Positions 55,333-64,000 of a stretch of 64,000 nucleotides of DNA are shown here, in pieces. The notes beneath the pieces are model-generated. The model had not been told where the DNA came from, made no database searches, and saw nothing but the letters and a program-made list of their open reading frames with translations. How positions within the stretch are numbered: the stretch's first letter is position 1; each line of letters opens with the position of its first letter. Both the position numbers and the translations under genes were made by a program. Origin of the DNA: Candidatus Aenigmatarchaeota archaeon (GTDB taxonomy: Archaea; EX4484-52); NCBI GenBank assembly GCA_023137195.1, contig JAGLPV010000015.1, positions 27,075 to 91,074 of the forward strand, written 5' to 3'.

Positions 55333-56649
55333 TTAATCTTTCAAATTTTTCATAAACGTAAAAAACTTTTCAATTATGTAACTCAACTGTTCTTCTTTCA
55401 AGCCAGGATAGACGCCAATCCAAAACATATCCTTCATAATGGTGTCTGTATTGGATAAATCACCATGTGTCCGATATTTTATATTTTCAAAACAAGGGTG
55501 TCTTGTAATATTTCCTGCAAAAAGCATTCGTGTTGCAATTTTATTCTCTTCCAGATATTTTACAATCTCATCTCTTGTAAAACCTACGTCTTTTCTCACA
55601 GTAATAGGAAATCCAAACCAACTTGGTTCGGCTTCAGGTTCTGTTTTTGGCAAGATAAAGTATTTTTCATATTTCTTTAAACTCTCGTATATCCTTTTAT
55701 AATTGTCCTTTCGTGCTTGTATAAAAGATGGCAATTTTTTAAGTTGTTCTACTCCTATTGCCGCCTGCATATCTGTAATTTTCAGATTATAGCCTATATG
55801 CGAATAAATATACTTGTGGTCATATCCATAAGGCAATGTTCCTAACTTCTGGCTGAATCTTTTATTACATGTATTGTCGTGCCCTGGCTCACACCAACAA
55901 TCCCTCCCCCAATCTCTAAAAGACTTTATCAATCTCTTTAATTGACTGTCATTTGTTACTAATGCGCCTCCTTCGCCCATGGTCATATGATGGGCAGGGA
56001 AAAAACTGGATGTGGCTATATGCCCAAAAGTACCGGTGTATTTTCCGTTGTATTTTGATCCTAACGAATCGCAGTTATCTTCCACCACCCAAAGATTGTG
56101 TTTTTGAGCTATTTCCATTACTTTTTTTATGTCAAATGGGTTGCCCAGAGTATGAGCTAAAAAAATAGCCTTGGTTTTTTCAGAGATTGCACTTTCAATT
56201 TTATCTGCCTGTATATTATAAGTTCCAATGTCTATATCCAGAAAAACCGGAACCAGATTATTCTGTATGATTGGATTTACGGTAGTGGGAAAGGCGCAGG
56301 CTATTGTTATGACCTCATCGCCGGGTTTTAGTCTTTTTTCTCCTAATTTGGGTGATGTCAAAGCGGATATGGCCAAAAGATTTGCAGAAGAACCGGAGTT
56401 TGTCAAAATGCAATGTTTTGTCCCTAAAAATTTAGCAAATTCTTCCTCAAATTGATTTGCAAATCTCCCTGCGGTGAGCCAGAAATCCAAAGCCGAATCA
56501 ACAAGAGAAATCATTTCTTTATCGTCGTATACGCGACCAGCATAAGAAAGATATGTTTCACCAGAAATAAATTGCTTATTTTTGTGTTTTTCCCTATAAT
56601 ATTCAGATACGAGATTAAAAATCTCTTTTTTCAAGTCCTTATTTTCCAT
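55333..56649 (-). CDS. rfbH: RfbH/DdhC-like PLP/PMP-dependent CDP-4-keto-6-deoxyhexose 3-dehydrase (DegT family)
   Basis: LDFWLTAGRFANQFEEEFAKFLG, NSGSSANLLA, GDEVITIACAFPTTVNPIIQ, WVVEDNCDSLGS and FFPAHHMTMGEGGAL are collinear with RfbH. Confidence 0.8.
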   Translation of the reverse strand: MENKDLKKEIFNLVSEYYREKHKNKQFISGETYLSYAGRVYDDKEMISLVDSALDFWLTAGRFANQFEEEFAKFLGTKHCILTNSGSSANLLAISALTSPKLGEKRLKPGDEVITIACAFPTTVNPIIQNNLVPVFLDIDIGTYNIQADKIESAISEKTKAIFLAHTLGNPFDIKKVMEIAQKHNLWVVEDNCDSLGSKYNGKYTGTFGHIATSSFFPAHHMTMGEGGALVTNDSQLKRLIKSFRDWGRDCWCEPGHDNTCNKRFSQKLGTLPYGYDHKYIYSHIGYNLKITDMQAAIGVEQLKKLPSFIQARKDNYKRIYESLKKYEKYFILPKTEPEAEPSWFGFPITVRKDVGFTRDEIVKYLEENKIATRMLFAGNITRHPCFENIKYRTHGDLSNTDTIMKDMFWIGVYPGLKEEQLSYIIEKFFTFMKNLKD

Positions 56650-57991
56650 AATTTAATCCAACTCCTTTGTATTTTTTATAATGTTTTTTATTTAATTTTC
56701 TTCGTCCATCAATAATCAATGGCTGTTTTTCTAATTTATTTAACGAAATATGCAAATCATCAAATTCATCCCAATGTGTGATTAAAATTACTACATCAAC
56801 ACAATCTAAACTTTCATCCAGTGTCTTAGTATATTTTATGTTTGTTGTACCCAATATTTTTTTTGCTTCTTCCATTGCTATTGGATCGTATGCCCGAACA
56901 TTAACTCCTTTTTGAATTAATGATTCGATAACCAGAAGTGCGGGTGACTCTCTCATATCATCGGTATTTGCTTTGAAAGCCAATCCCAATACTGCCACAT
57001 TTAAATTTTCAAAAGATTCAAAATGATCGTCAAGAATATCTATTAATTTTTTCGGTTGTTTTTTATTAATTTCTATGACGGATTTTAACAAAGCCGGCTT
57101 CTGTCCTTTAGATTCAGCATAACTAACAAGTGCTTTTATATCTTTTGGGAAACAACTTCCTCCAAATCCACAACCTGCTTCCAGATAACTTAAAAACGCG
57201 GGATTCACTCTTTCTCCTCCAGGCATTATAGTATTGAGACGTTTGTCTAAATGAACGCCTGCCATAACATCTTTTACATCCACTTCCTTTGTCAAAGCGC
57301 ATATATTTGCAATTTCATTTGAGAAACTTATAAATGTTGCCAGTAGACTGTTGGAGGCATATTTTATCATCTCTGCCGTTTTATTGTTTGTTAATATCAT
57401 ATCGACATCGTCGAAATTTTCATACAATTGCAATATATTTTTCATTGTCTCTTCATCTATTCCTCCAATTATAATGCGGTCAGGATTCATAAAATCTTTT
57501 ATGGCGCAACCTTCTCTTAAAAATTCAGGATTCATCCCGACGCCAAAATCAATCCCTGCTTTTTTCTTTGAATGTTTTTCAAGAGCAGGCACTATTACTT
57601 CATCTGTGGTTCCAGGAATGACTGTGCTCTTTACAACCACAGTATGATAGGATTGCTTCTCTTTTAACGTGGCTCCTATCTGCTCTGATGCCTTTTTTAT
57701 AAAAGTTAAATCAATATTTTTTCCGTCAAATGGCGTGCCAACAGCAATAATTGAAATATCGCTTTCCAGTACTGCTCTTTTTAAGTCTGTAGTTGCGACA
57801 AGGTGCTTGTTTTTTATATTTTTTCCTAATAATTCTTCCAAGCCGTTCTCAAATATCGGCGGAATGCAGTTATTTATTTTTTCAATTTTTTCTTTATCTA
57901 TATCTATGCAAACAACAGAATGTCCTTTTTCAGCCAAGCATACTCCTGAAACCAGTCCTACATACCCTGTTCCTATTATAGATACTCTCAT
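56639..57991 (-). CDS. ugd: UDP-glucose/GDP-mannose 6-dehydrogenase family enzyme
   Basis: MRVSIIGTGYVGLVSGVCLAEKGH Rossmann start and catalytic GFGGSCFPKD. The track start 58027 is TTG. The ATG at 57991 forms an ATGA overlap with the upstream stop. Confidence 0.85.
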   Translation of the reverse strand: MRVSIIGTGYVGLVSGVCLAEKGHSVVCIDIDKEKIEKINNCIPPIFENGLEELLGKNIKNKHLVATTDLKRAVLESDISIIAVGTPFDGKNIDLTFIKKASEQIGATLKEKQSYHTVVVKSTVIPGTTDEVIVPALEKHSKKKAGIDFGVGMNPEFLREGCAIKDFMNPDRIIIGGIDEETMKNILQLYENFDDVDMILTNNKTAEMIKYASNSLLATFISFSNEIANICALTKEVDVKDVMAGVHLDKRLNTIMPGGERVNPAFLSYLEAGCGFGGSCFPKDIKALVSYAESKGQKPALLKSVIEINKKQPKKLIDILDDHFESFENLNVAVLGLAFKANTDDMRESPALLVIESLIQKGVNVRAYDPIAMEEAKKILGTTNIKYTKTLDESLDCVDVVILITHWDEFDDLHISLNKLEKQPLIIDGRRKLNKKHYKKYKGVGLNYGK

Positions 57992-59100
57992 TTTTTCGCC
58001 TTCTTTGTAAAATTTTCGCTGTACCAATACATTGTTCTTAGTAAGCCTTCATCAATGTCCACTGATGGACAATAGCCAATATGCTCTATGGCTTTGCTGA
58101 TATCCGGACATCTGCGGTTCGGAGAATCTGTGAGATATTCTTCATCCTTACTGTCTTTATAGATTATTTCGCCAGTATATCCAAAATGCCTTTTTCCAAT
58201 ATCCACTAATCTTTTTGCAAGATCCAGCATAGATATTTCCGGCTCCATCACACCAATATTGTATGATTCTCCATGTCGCCCCTTTATCAATATCTTATAA
58301 TATCCTACAACAGCATCAGATACATAACAAAAGGTTCTTGTCGGGGATCCGTCAGAAAGCATTACAATATCTTCGCCGGAAAGTATATTTCTCGCAAAAT
58401 CAGGTATTACTCTTTTGTCATTTATGTTTAACCCCGGACCATAATTGTTGAATGGGCGTGCTATTTTGACAGGAAGCCTGTGCTGTTTTGCAAAATTGAT
58501 GCATAATGTTTCTCCATATCTTTTCGATTCATCATAACATGCCCTGGGTCCTATACATGAAACATTTCCCCTGTATGTCTCAGGAGTAGGAATATTATCA
58601 TGCGTAGGATCCCCGTAAATCTCACTGCTGGAGAAAAATAAAAAACCTTCTATTGGTTTGTTGTTGTTCTTTTGTCTTACTGCATATTCCAGCAAATGTC
58701 GCAGTCCGTCAACATTGGCATGCATGGTCTCCAAAGGGTATATCCTATAGTAATGAGGAGACGCAATTGAAGCGGCATGAATAATATAATGAAAATTAGC
58801 CTCTGTTTGAGTAATTGGTTTTGTGATGTCTTTATCTATAATTTTTATGTCTTCTCTTTTTTTTAGTTCTGTAATCCATTCCGGAATCCCTCGCGAAAAA
58901 TTATCATACACCCATATTTTAATCGGTTTTTTATTTTTATTAGTATCATTCCAGTGCAATACAGAGTTAATCAGGTAATGACCCAAAAAACCAGCCCCTC
59001 CTGTAATCAGTAAATTCTTACCAGACATTTTGTTAAATTCTTCTTTAGCATTGTCTGCAATATATTTCATGTCTTTTTCTACAATTTTATTTTTTTCCAT
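57988..59100 (-). CDS. Extended SDR, UDP-glucuronate decarboxylase (UXS)-like
   Basis: LLITGGAGFLGHYL, SSSEIYG, YDESKRYGE (YxxxK) and RPFNNYGP. It lies directly upstream of ugd. Confidence 0.7.
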   Translation of the reverse strand: MEKNKIVEKDMKYIADNAKEEFNKMSGKNLLITGGAGFLGHYLINSVLHWNDTNKNKKPIKIWVYDNFSRGIPEWITELKKREDIKIIDKDITKPITQTEANFHYIIHAASIASPHYYRIYPLETMHANVDGLRHLLEYAVRQKNNNKPIEGFLFFSSSEIYGDPTHDNIPTPETYRGNVSCIGPRACYDESKRYGETLCINFAKQHRLPVKIARPFNNYGPGLNINDKRVIPDFARNILSGEDIVMLSDGSPTRTFCYVSDAVVGYYKILIKGRHGESYNIGVMEPEISMLDLAKRLVDIGKRHFGYTGEIIYKDSKDEEYLTDSPNRRCPDISKAIEHIGYCPSVDIDEGLLRTMYWYSENFTKKAKK

Positions 59101-60040
59101 GATAATTCAACATTTTTTTTATTCCTTCTTCCAAAGAGGTTTTCGGTTTCCATCCAAGCAATGTTTCTGCTTTTTTTATATTTGCCTCCATATACATCAT
59201 TTCATTGGATCTGTATGGCAATGCTCCAAATTGAAGGAGATTTTTATCTGCGCCAATTTGCTTTGCTATTATTAAAGCAATATCTTTTAATAATATTCCT
59301 TTGCCCGACCCAATGTTTATGATTTCTGCTTTTTTTTCTAAAGAAACATTTGATGCCAGAACATAAGCATCAATGATGTCTTCTACATATATGCAATCTC
59401 TTTTTTGTTCTCCACCAGTCATTTTTATTTCCTGATTTTTGCTTAATTTATCAATCATTTGCGGGAAAAACCTGTGCTGTCCTTCAGAATCCCCGAATGC
59501 ACCAAATAGTCTAAGAACGATTAGATTTCCTGTTTCTATTTGCTTTGCCATAGAAACCAACAATTGGACTGAAGAAGCTTTTGTTATGTTGTAGATACCT
59601 ATTGGTTCGAGAGAATCGCTTTCAGATATAGGTGTGTTTTTAGCTCCATATTCAAAGCAACTTCCTGTGTGTATAAATCGAGCGCCTTTGTTTTTAATAA
59701 ATGCTTCAAATAAATTGACACTGGCTTTGATATTTATATCTATTGCCTGTTGTATGTTTTGCTGTCTATAATCCGTTCCATATGCGGCCAGATGAAAAAT
59801 AACATCCGGCTTTATTTTACTGATTAAAACTTTTACAGATTCAAAATCAGTCAAATCAATTACATGGTTATTATAACTTTCTTTAATGTCTTTAATTCTC
59901 TCCAAAATGCTGTTTTTTCTTGTCAGGATATGCACCTGACAATTTTCCTTTAACAAACGCTTCAATAAATTAGAACCAATGAATCCTGTGGCTCCAGTCA
60001 TTAAAACATTCCTGTTTTGCATAATCACCAAATTTTCCAT
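59087..60040 (-). CDS. NAD-dependent sugar epimerase/dehydratase/reductase (extended SDR)
   Basis: VLMTGATGFIGSNL and YNITKAS (YxxxK). The track start 60058 is GTG. ATG candidates are at 60040 and 60022, so the start is ambiguous. Confidence 0.65.
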   Translation of the reverse strand: MENLVIMQNRNVLMTGATGFIGSNLLKRLLKENCQVHILTRKNSILERIKDIKESYNNHVIDLTDFESVKVLISKIKPDVIFHLAAYGTDYRQQNIQQAIDINIKASVNLFEAFIKNKGARFIHTGSCFEYGAKNTPISESDSLEPIGIYNITKASSVQLLVSMAKQIETGNLIVLRLFGAFGDSEGQHRFFPQMIDKLSKNQEIKMTGGEQKRDCIYVEDIIDAYVLASNVSLEKKAEIINIGSGKGILLKDIALIIAKQIGADKNLLQFGALPYRSNEMMYMEANIKKAETLLGWKPKTSLEEGIKKMLNYHGKK

Positions 60041-60792
60041 TCTGGTTTTTCTGCCCACATTTTATTTAGTTGTTTAAAATGCTTGTATGTATCCATACAA
60101 TGCCAAAATCCTTCATGTTTGTATAGTGCCACTTCTCCTTTTTCTGCTAATTTAGGCAATGTTGTATCTTCCAGCATACAATCCTCATCCTTTTTTATGA
60201 AATTAAATATTTCTTTATTAAAGACCATAAATCCGCCATTTATTAGGTCTTTAAGAATGGGTTTTTCCCTGAATTTTGTGACAACTCCTTCAGATACATC
60301 CAGAACACCATATTTTGAAAACGGGTTGAGTCCTGTTATGGTGCACATTTTTCCCATTTTTTTATGGAACTTTAACAAGTCATTTATGTTTATATTTGCC
60401 AGACCATCCCCGTAAGTTGCCATAAAAACATCTTCGTCCTTCAGGTAGTCTTCACACCTTTTTAGTCTTTTTGCAGTCAATGATTTTATCCCTGTATCCA
60501 CAAAGCTTATTTTCCAGTCTTCTATTTTTTCAAATTCATGATATTCTATTTTTTTATGTTTTAAATCCAGAGTAAAATCTGTTCTTGTTTTATAATTAAG
60601 AAAATAATCTTTAATCATATCTCCTTTATACCCCAACGGAAGGATAAATTCTTTATGACCATAATAATCATATATTTTCATAATGTGCCATATGATTGGT
60701 CTGTTCCCTACCAGAACCATTGGCTTGGGTTTGTATTCTGTTTCTTCTTTCAGTCGAGTGCCAATACCTCCGCAAAAAATAACTGTTTTCAT
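60025..60792 (-). CDS. rfbF: Glucose-1-phosphate cytidylyltransferase
   Basis: MKTVIFCGGIGTRLKEETEYKPKPMVLVGNRPIIWHIMKIYDYYGHKEFILPLGYKG is the RfbF/DdhA N-terminus. 255 aa. Confidence 0.85.
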   Translation of the reverse strand: MKTVIFCGGIGTRLKEETEYKPKPMVLVGNRPIIWHIMKIYDYYGHKEFILPLGYKGDMIKDYFLNYKTRTDFTLDLKHKKIEYHEFEKIEDWKISFVDTGIKSLTAKRLKRCEDYLKDEDVFMATYGDGLANININDLLKFHKKMGKMCTITGLNPFSKYGVLDVSEGVVTKFREKPILKDLINGGFMVFNKEIFNFIKKDEDCMLEDTTLPKLAEKGEVALYKHEGFWHCMDTYKHFKQLNKMWAEKPEWKIW

Positions 60793-60849
60793 ATCTTGTA
60801 TTATTAGTGAGAGTTTTAAATGTTTTTTCTTCTTTGTTATCCTAAATAA

Positions 60850-61566
60850 TCAGGCATTTGTTTTTATGCTTTTGAAAGTTTTCACCTGATCGTAGATAAA
60901 TATCAATGGATAGGTACTGCCATAAAATAAAATATATCTATAAAGTAGGTATTGTATTTCTATGCCGAATACAAAAGAAATGCAGATAGAGAATACTAAT
61001 ACTATATTTAAAAATACCAAACCATAGAGACATTTGATACCGGAAGAGATAAGAGGAGTTTTTTTTGTTTTTAACTCAATTTTTAGTTTTTCCAGAGACT
61101 CACGCGATGCAAATATCATCATCTTTGTCGTAACTGCACTTAGACATAAAAACAAGATAGATAATTCATTGTAATACTTGTATAGCCCTAAAAAAAGACC
61201 TCCTATTATTACCGGGGTAACAACATAATGAGACACCAAATCAAGATATTCTCCTTTTACTGAGGTTTGCTTCCTGAAACGGGCAACTTCTCCATCAACA
61301 CTATCTGAAATATAATAGAGATTAAAAAAAATAAATGCAGATATGTAATTTTGAAAAAATAATGCAACTCCGGATAAAATACCGAAAATCATCGAGGAAA
61401 AGGTTACCTGATTAGCGGTGACATCAGTGTGTTTTACAAGAAAGCTAGAGATATATACTGAAACTTTTCGCGAGATATAAGTCGCGTAAAGTGTCTGGGG
61501 CGCAGTAATCTGACTGCGTATTTCTTTTATAGTATTTTTTTTTTTTGCTTTTGCCAAACTGTACAC
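60850..61566 (-). CDS. CDP-alcohol phosphatidyltransferase-family membrane protein
   Basis: DSVDGEVARFRKQTSVKGEYLD matches DG(x)2AR(x)8G(x)3D, but the final conserved Asp is replaced (DLVSH). It is multi-TM. The only in-frame start near the 5' end is GTG at 61566. Confidence 0.55.
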   Translation of the reverse strand: MYSLAKAKKKNTIKEIRSQITAPQTLYATYISRKVSVYISSFLVKHTDVTANQVTFSSMIFGILSGVALFFQNYISAFIFFNLYYISDSVDGEVARFRKQTSVKGEYLDLVSHYVVTPVIIGGLFLGLYKYYNELSILFLCLSAVTTKMMIFASRESLEKLKIELKTKKTPLISSGIKCLYGLVFLNIVLVFSICISFVFGIEIQYLLYRYILFYGSTYPLIFIYDQVKTFKSIKTNA

Positions 61567-61575
61567 CTTGCTATG

Positions 61576-62718
61576 TTATTTTCCGAATATATTAAATACT
61601 TTATCTGTATTTTTTTCCAAGTCATATTCTTCATATATTCTCTGCTTTGCTTTTCGTCCTAATTCTTTAGCTATCTCCTTATGTTTTAGCAAATAAATAA
61701 TTTTTTCTGCCATAATTTCCGGATTTTTTGGCTCAATTAAAATGCCGCAACTGTTGTTCATATAATAAGAAACACCGCCTGTGTTTGTCGCAATGCATGG
61801 GATTCCCATCGCCATTGCCTCCATAAGTGATTTTGGAGAAGGATCATATCTTGAAGAACATATATAAATATCTGCTTTTTTTAAAACCCCTGCGACATTG
61901 CTTATTCTCCCCAGGTAATGCACTCCATTATCGCTTATTTTTTTGCATTCCTGCATTAGAGGTCCATCTCCGCAAATGATTAAATTCAAATCAGGGATTG
62001 TTTTTTTTGCTATTTTGTATGCTTTAATTAAGGTCATCGGGTCCTTCATCGGAACAATGCGCCCTACAAAAACAATAGAAGGTCCTCTTATTTTTTCATA
62101 AATTTTATGCAGTTTTATACTTTTATTAAATCCGTCTGTCCGGATTGCTTTTTTAATAGGCAAAATTTTTGACTTGTCTTTGATATATTTTTCAACAGCC
62201 GGGTCTCCCACAATAAAATAATCAACAAAATTTACAAGAAATTTTTCAAGAATCAATACAATGAGTGCCATGACTTTGTTTTTCTTTAATATTTCGTAAA
62301 AAGAATCGTCTCTCCTGTCCTCTTTGTAAATGGCATGCCAGAGATAATTATAATCCATTAGTATTTTCGTATTTGTAAGTTTATTCACCATAAAAACATT
62401 GGGTAAAACAGGACTCCTTATTGCTCGCAGATGCTGTATCTTGTATTTTTTTGCATAATGGGCAATTACAATCCAACCAAATAAAATGTAAAATAATTTA
62501 TTTTTAATAATTATATGAATGGCATTCTTTGGTAGGATGTGGCTATATTTTTTTTTATCGCACGAAAAAACAAATACTTTATCATATTTTTTTGAATATT
62601 TTTCAATTAAAAAAAATTCATTTATGCGGTTTATATCTCCACCATATATTTTCAGTGCCAGTTCCAATCCCCCATGATACCCGAAAATAAAGCCAGCCGT
62701 ATTTGAATTTTTAATCAT
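61576..62718 (-). CDS. GT-B glycosyltransferase (GT4-like)
   Basis: C-terminal E(x)7E-type region DPSPKSLMEAMAMGIPCIATNTGG. 380 aa. Confidence 0.75.
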   Translation of the reverse strand: MIKNSNTAGFIFGYHGGLELALKIYGGDINRINEFFLIEKYSKKYDKVFVFSCDKKKYSHILPKNAIHIIIKNKLFYILFGWIVIAHYAKKYKIQHLRAIRSPVLPNVFMVNKLTNTKILMDYNYLWHAIYKEDRRDDSFYEILKKNKVMALIVLILEKFLVNFVDYFIVGDPAVEKYIKDKSKILPIKKAIRTDGFNKSIKLHKIYEKIRGPSIVFVGRIVPMKDPMTLIKAYKIAKKTIPDLNLIICGDGPLMQECKKISDNGVHYLGRISNVAGVLKKADIYICSSRYDPSPKSLMEAMAMGIPCIATNTGGVSYYMNNSCGILIEPKNPEIMAEKIIYLLKHKEIAKELGRKAKQRIYEEYDLEKNTDKVFNIFGK

Positions 62719-62749
62719 ATTTATAAAAATATATCAATTATTTATAGCT

Positions 62750-64000
62750 ATGTGCGGGATAAGCGGATTCAACTGGTGCGACAAAATCCTAGTAAAAAAT
62801 ATGAACAAATCTATAAAGCACAGGGGTCCGGATGGAGATGGTTTTTTTCTGGACGACAATATTAGTTTGGGTCATGTGAGATTGTCTATTCTTGATTTGT
62901 CTGAAAAAGGAAAACAGCCGATGAAGGACGAGGAAGGAGAACTCATTGTTACATTCAACGGCGAAATATATAATTTTGAGGAAATCAAAAAAATACTTGA
63001 AAAAAAGGGCTATTCTTTTAACTCAGGCACAGATACTGAAGTGATAATATATGCTTACAAAGAATGGGGGACTAAGTGCGTAGAAAAATTCAATGGGATG
63101 TGGGCGTTCTGCCTTTATGACTCTGCTAAAAAGAAACTATTCTTGTCTCGTGACAGGATGGGTAAGAAACCAATATACTACTATATTGATGAAGATAAAT
63201 TCATATTCTGCTCTGAAATTAAAGGGATTTTAAAACATCCTGTAAAAAGAAAACTGAACAGGAATCAGCTTGCGACATATCTTACTTATCATTTTACTCC
63301 CGGAGAGGATACTTTGATTAAAAAAATAAAGAAAGTTCCTGCTTCGCACAATATGATTTTTGACTTAAAAACAAAAAAACTAAAACTGGAAAAGTACTGG
63401 GATATTGAAAAAGATGATATTAAATACGAAAATTTTGAAGAAGCAAAAGATAAACTGGATGAGTTATTGAATGATGCAGTTAAAAAACGCATCATAAGTG
63501 ATGTGCCTGTTGGAAGTTTCCTCTCGGGCGGACTGGATTCATCTATTGTTACGGCGATTTATTCAAAATATTATGATAAAGAAATGCACACCTTTTCCGT
63601 GGGGTTTGACGAGGGTATAGAAAACGAGTTTAAATATGCAAAAATAGTGGCAGACGAATTAGGAACAAACCATCATGAATTTATTGTGGATGGAGATATG
63701 TTTTCTAAAAGATTTGATGAAATGGTTTTGCATTATGATGATCCTCTTGCAGAAGCAGGATTCATCCCTAATTATTTCCTAAGCCAGTATGCGAAAAAAT
63801 ACGTCTCTGTTGCCTTGGCAGGAGAAGGTGGTGATGAGGTTTTTGCAGGGTATGAGTGGTATGGATTATTGAGATACACAAATATGATGTCAAAATTTCC
63901 TTTTAATTATTTCAAACCTATATTTTGCGACCTTGCAAAAATTATACCTCCTTCGAGAATGCTCAAGGGAGTGGAACTGCTTGCAAATGCCGGAAATTAT
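62750..64000 (+). CDS. asnB: Asparagine synthase (glutamine-hydrolysing), partial, runs off window
   Basis: Own translation from the ATG at 62750 gives MCGISGFNWCDK..HRGPDGDGFF (Ntn Cys2 amidotransferase). The PP-loop FLSGGLDSSIV follows later. The frame is open to 64000. It is absent from the ORF track because it has no stop. Confidence 0.88.
   Translation, partial: MCGISGFNWCDKILVKNMNKSIKHRGPDGDGFFLDDNISLGHVRLSILDLSEKGKQPMKDEEGELIVTFNGEIYNFEEIKKILEKKGYSFNSGTDTEVIIYAYKEWGTKCVEKFNGMWAFCLYDSAKKKLFLSRDRMGKKPIYYYIDEDKFIFCSEIKGILKHPVKRKLNRNQLATYLTYHFTPGEDTLIKKIKKVPASHNMIFDLKTKKLKLEKYWDIEKDDIKYENFEEAKDKLDELLNDAVKKRIISDVPVGSFLSGGLDSSIVTAIYSKYYDKEMHTFSVGFDEGIENEFKYAKIVADELGTNHHEFIVDGDMFSKRFDEMVLHYDDPLAEAGFIPNYFLSQYAKKYVSVALAGEGGDEVFAGYEWYGLLRYTNMMSKFPFNYFKPIFCDLAKIIPPSRMLKGVELLANAGNY

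Noticed and set aside
1-64000. Integrated mobile element, provirus or defence island
   Set aside because: I found no integrase, transposase, recombinase, capsid/terminase, restriction-modification or cas-like motifs in any frame. The tRNA-adjacent fragment at 44161-44256 is the only scar-like feature.

Overview
AT-rich archaeal chromosomal segment. The archaeal assignment rests on a class I CCA-adding enzyme, Kae1, MCM, AglB/STT3, MBF1, prefoldin beta, three RNase P protein subunits and an intron-containing tRNA-Tyr with a C1-G72 pair. All calls come from reading the supplied translations and the DNA by eye; no database search was possible. I support about 56 protein genes (two run off the window ends and are absent from the ORF track), 2 tRNA genes and several intergenic repeat or hairpin elements. 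Housekeeping genes include speB, cca, kae1, purE, nth, fni, ppsA, thiolase and asnB. They are interleaved with accessory-looking blocks. (1) The most interesting block is a tight minus-strand operon at 36.7-41.1 kb. It encodes a 110-aa peptide ending in seven in-register W-x-x triplets (WSN WAQ WCD WCD WSD WCN WTR). This is followed by a fused double radical-SAM protein, a radical-SAM/SPASM protein and a polytopic membrane protein. It looks like an undescribed archaeal RiPP-type maturation system. (2) At 1.6-7.9 kb there is a tandemly duplicated two-gene module pairing a transglutaminase-like Cys-His-Asp protein with a Bud32/RIO-like kinase. (3) At 12.3-16.6 kb four tandem beta-helix surface paralogs carry PEF-CTERM-like sorting tails and homogenised 5' ends and promoters. 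(4) A KAP P-loop NTPase is fused to a pentapeptide-repeat array. (5) A stand-alone MCM N-terminal-domain gene lies next to the full mcm, and about 185 nt of its 5' end are almost identical to mcm. (6) Two families of intergenic hairpin elements each show one compensatory base-pair change between copies. (7) A glycan block at 55-63 kb has bacterial-style CDP-hexose genes next to aglB and sequon-dense giant surface proteins. No integrase, transposase, CRISPR array or rRNA was seen. Several track ORFs begin at TTG or GTG, and I moved those starts to the first plausible ATG where noted.
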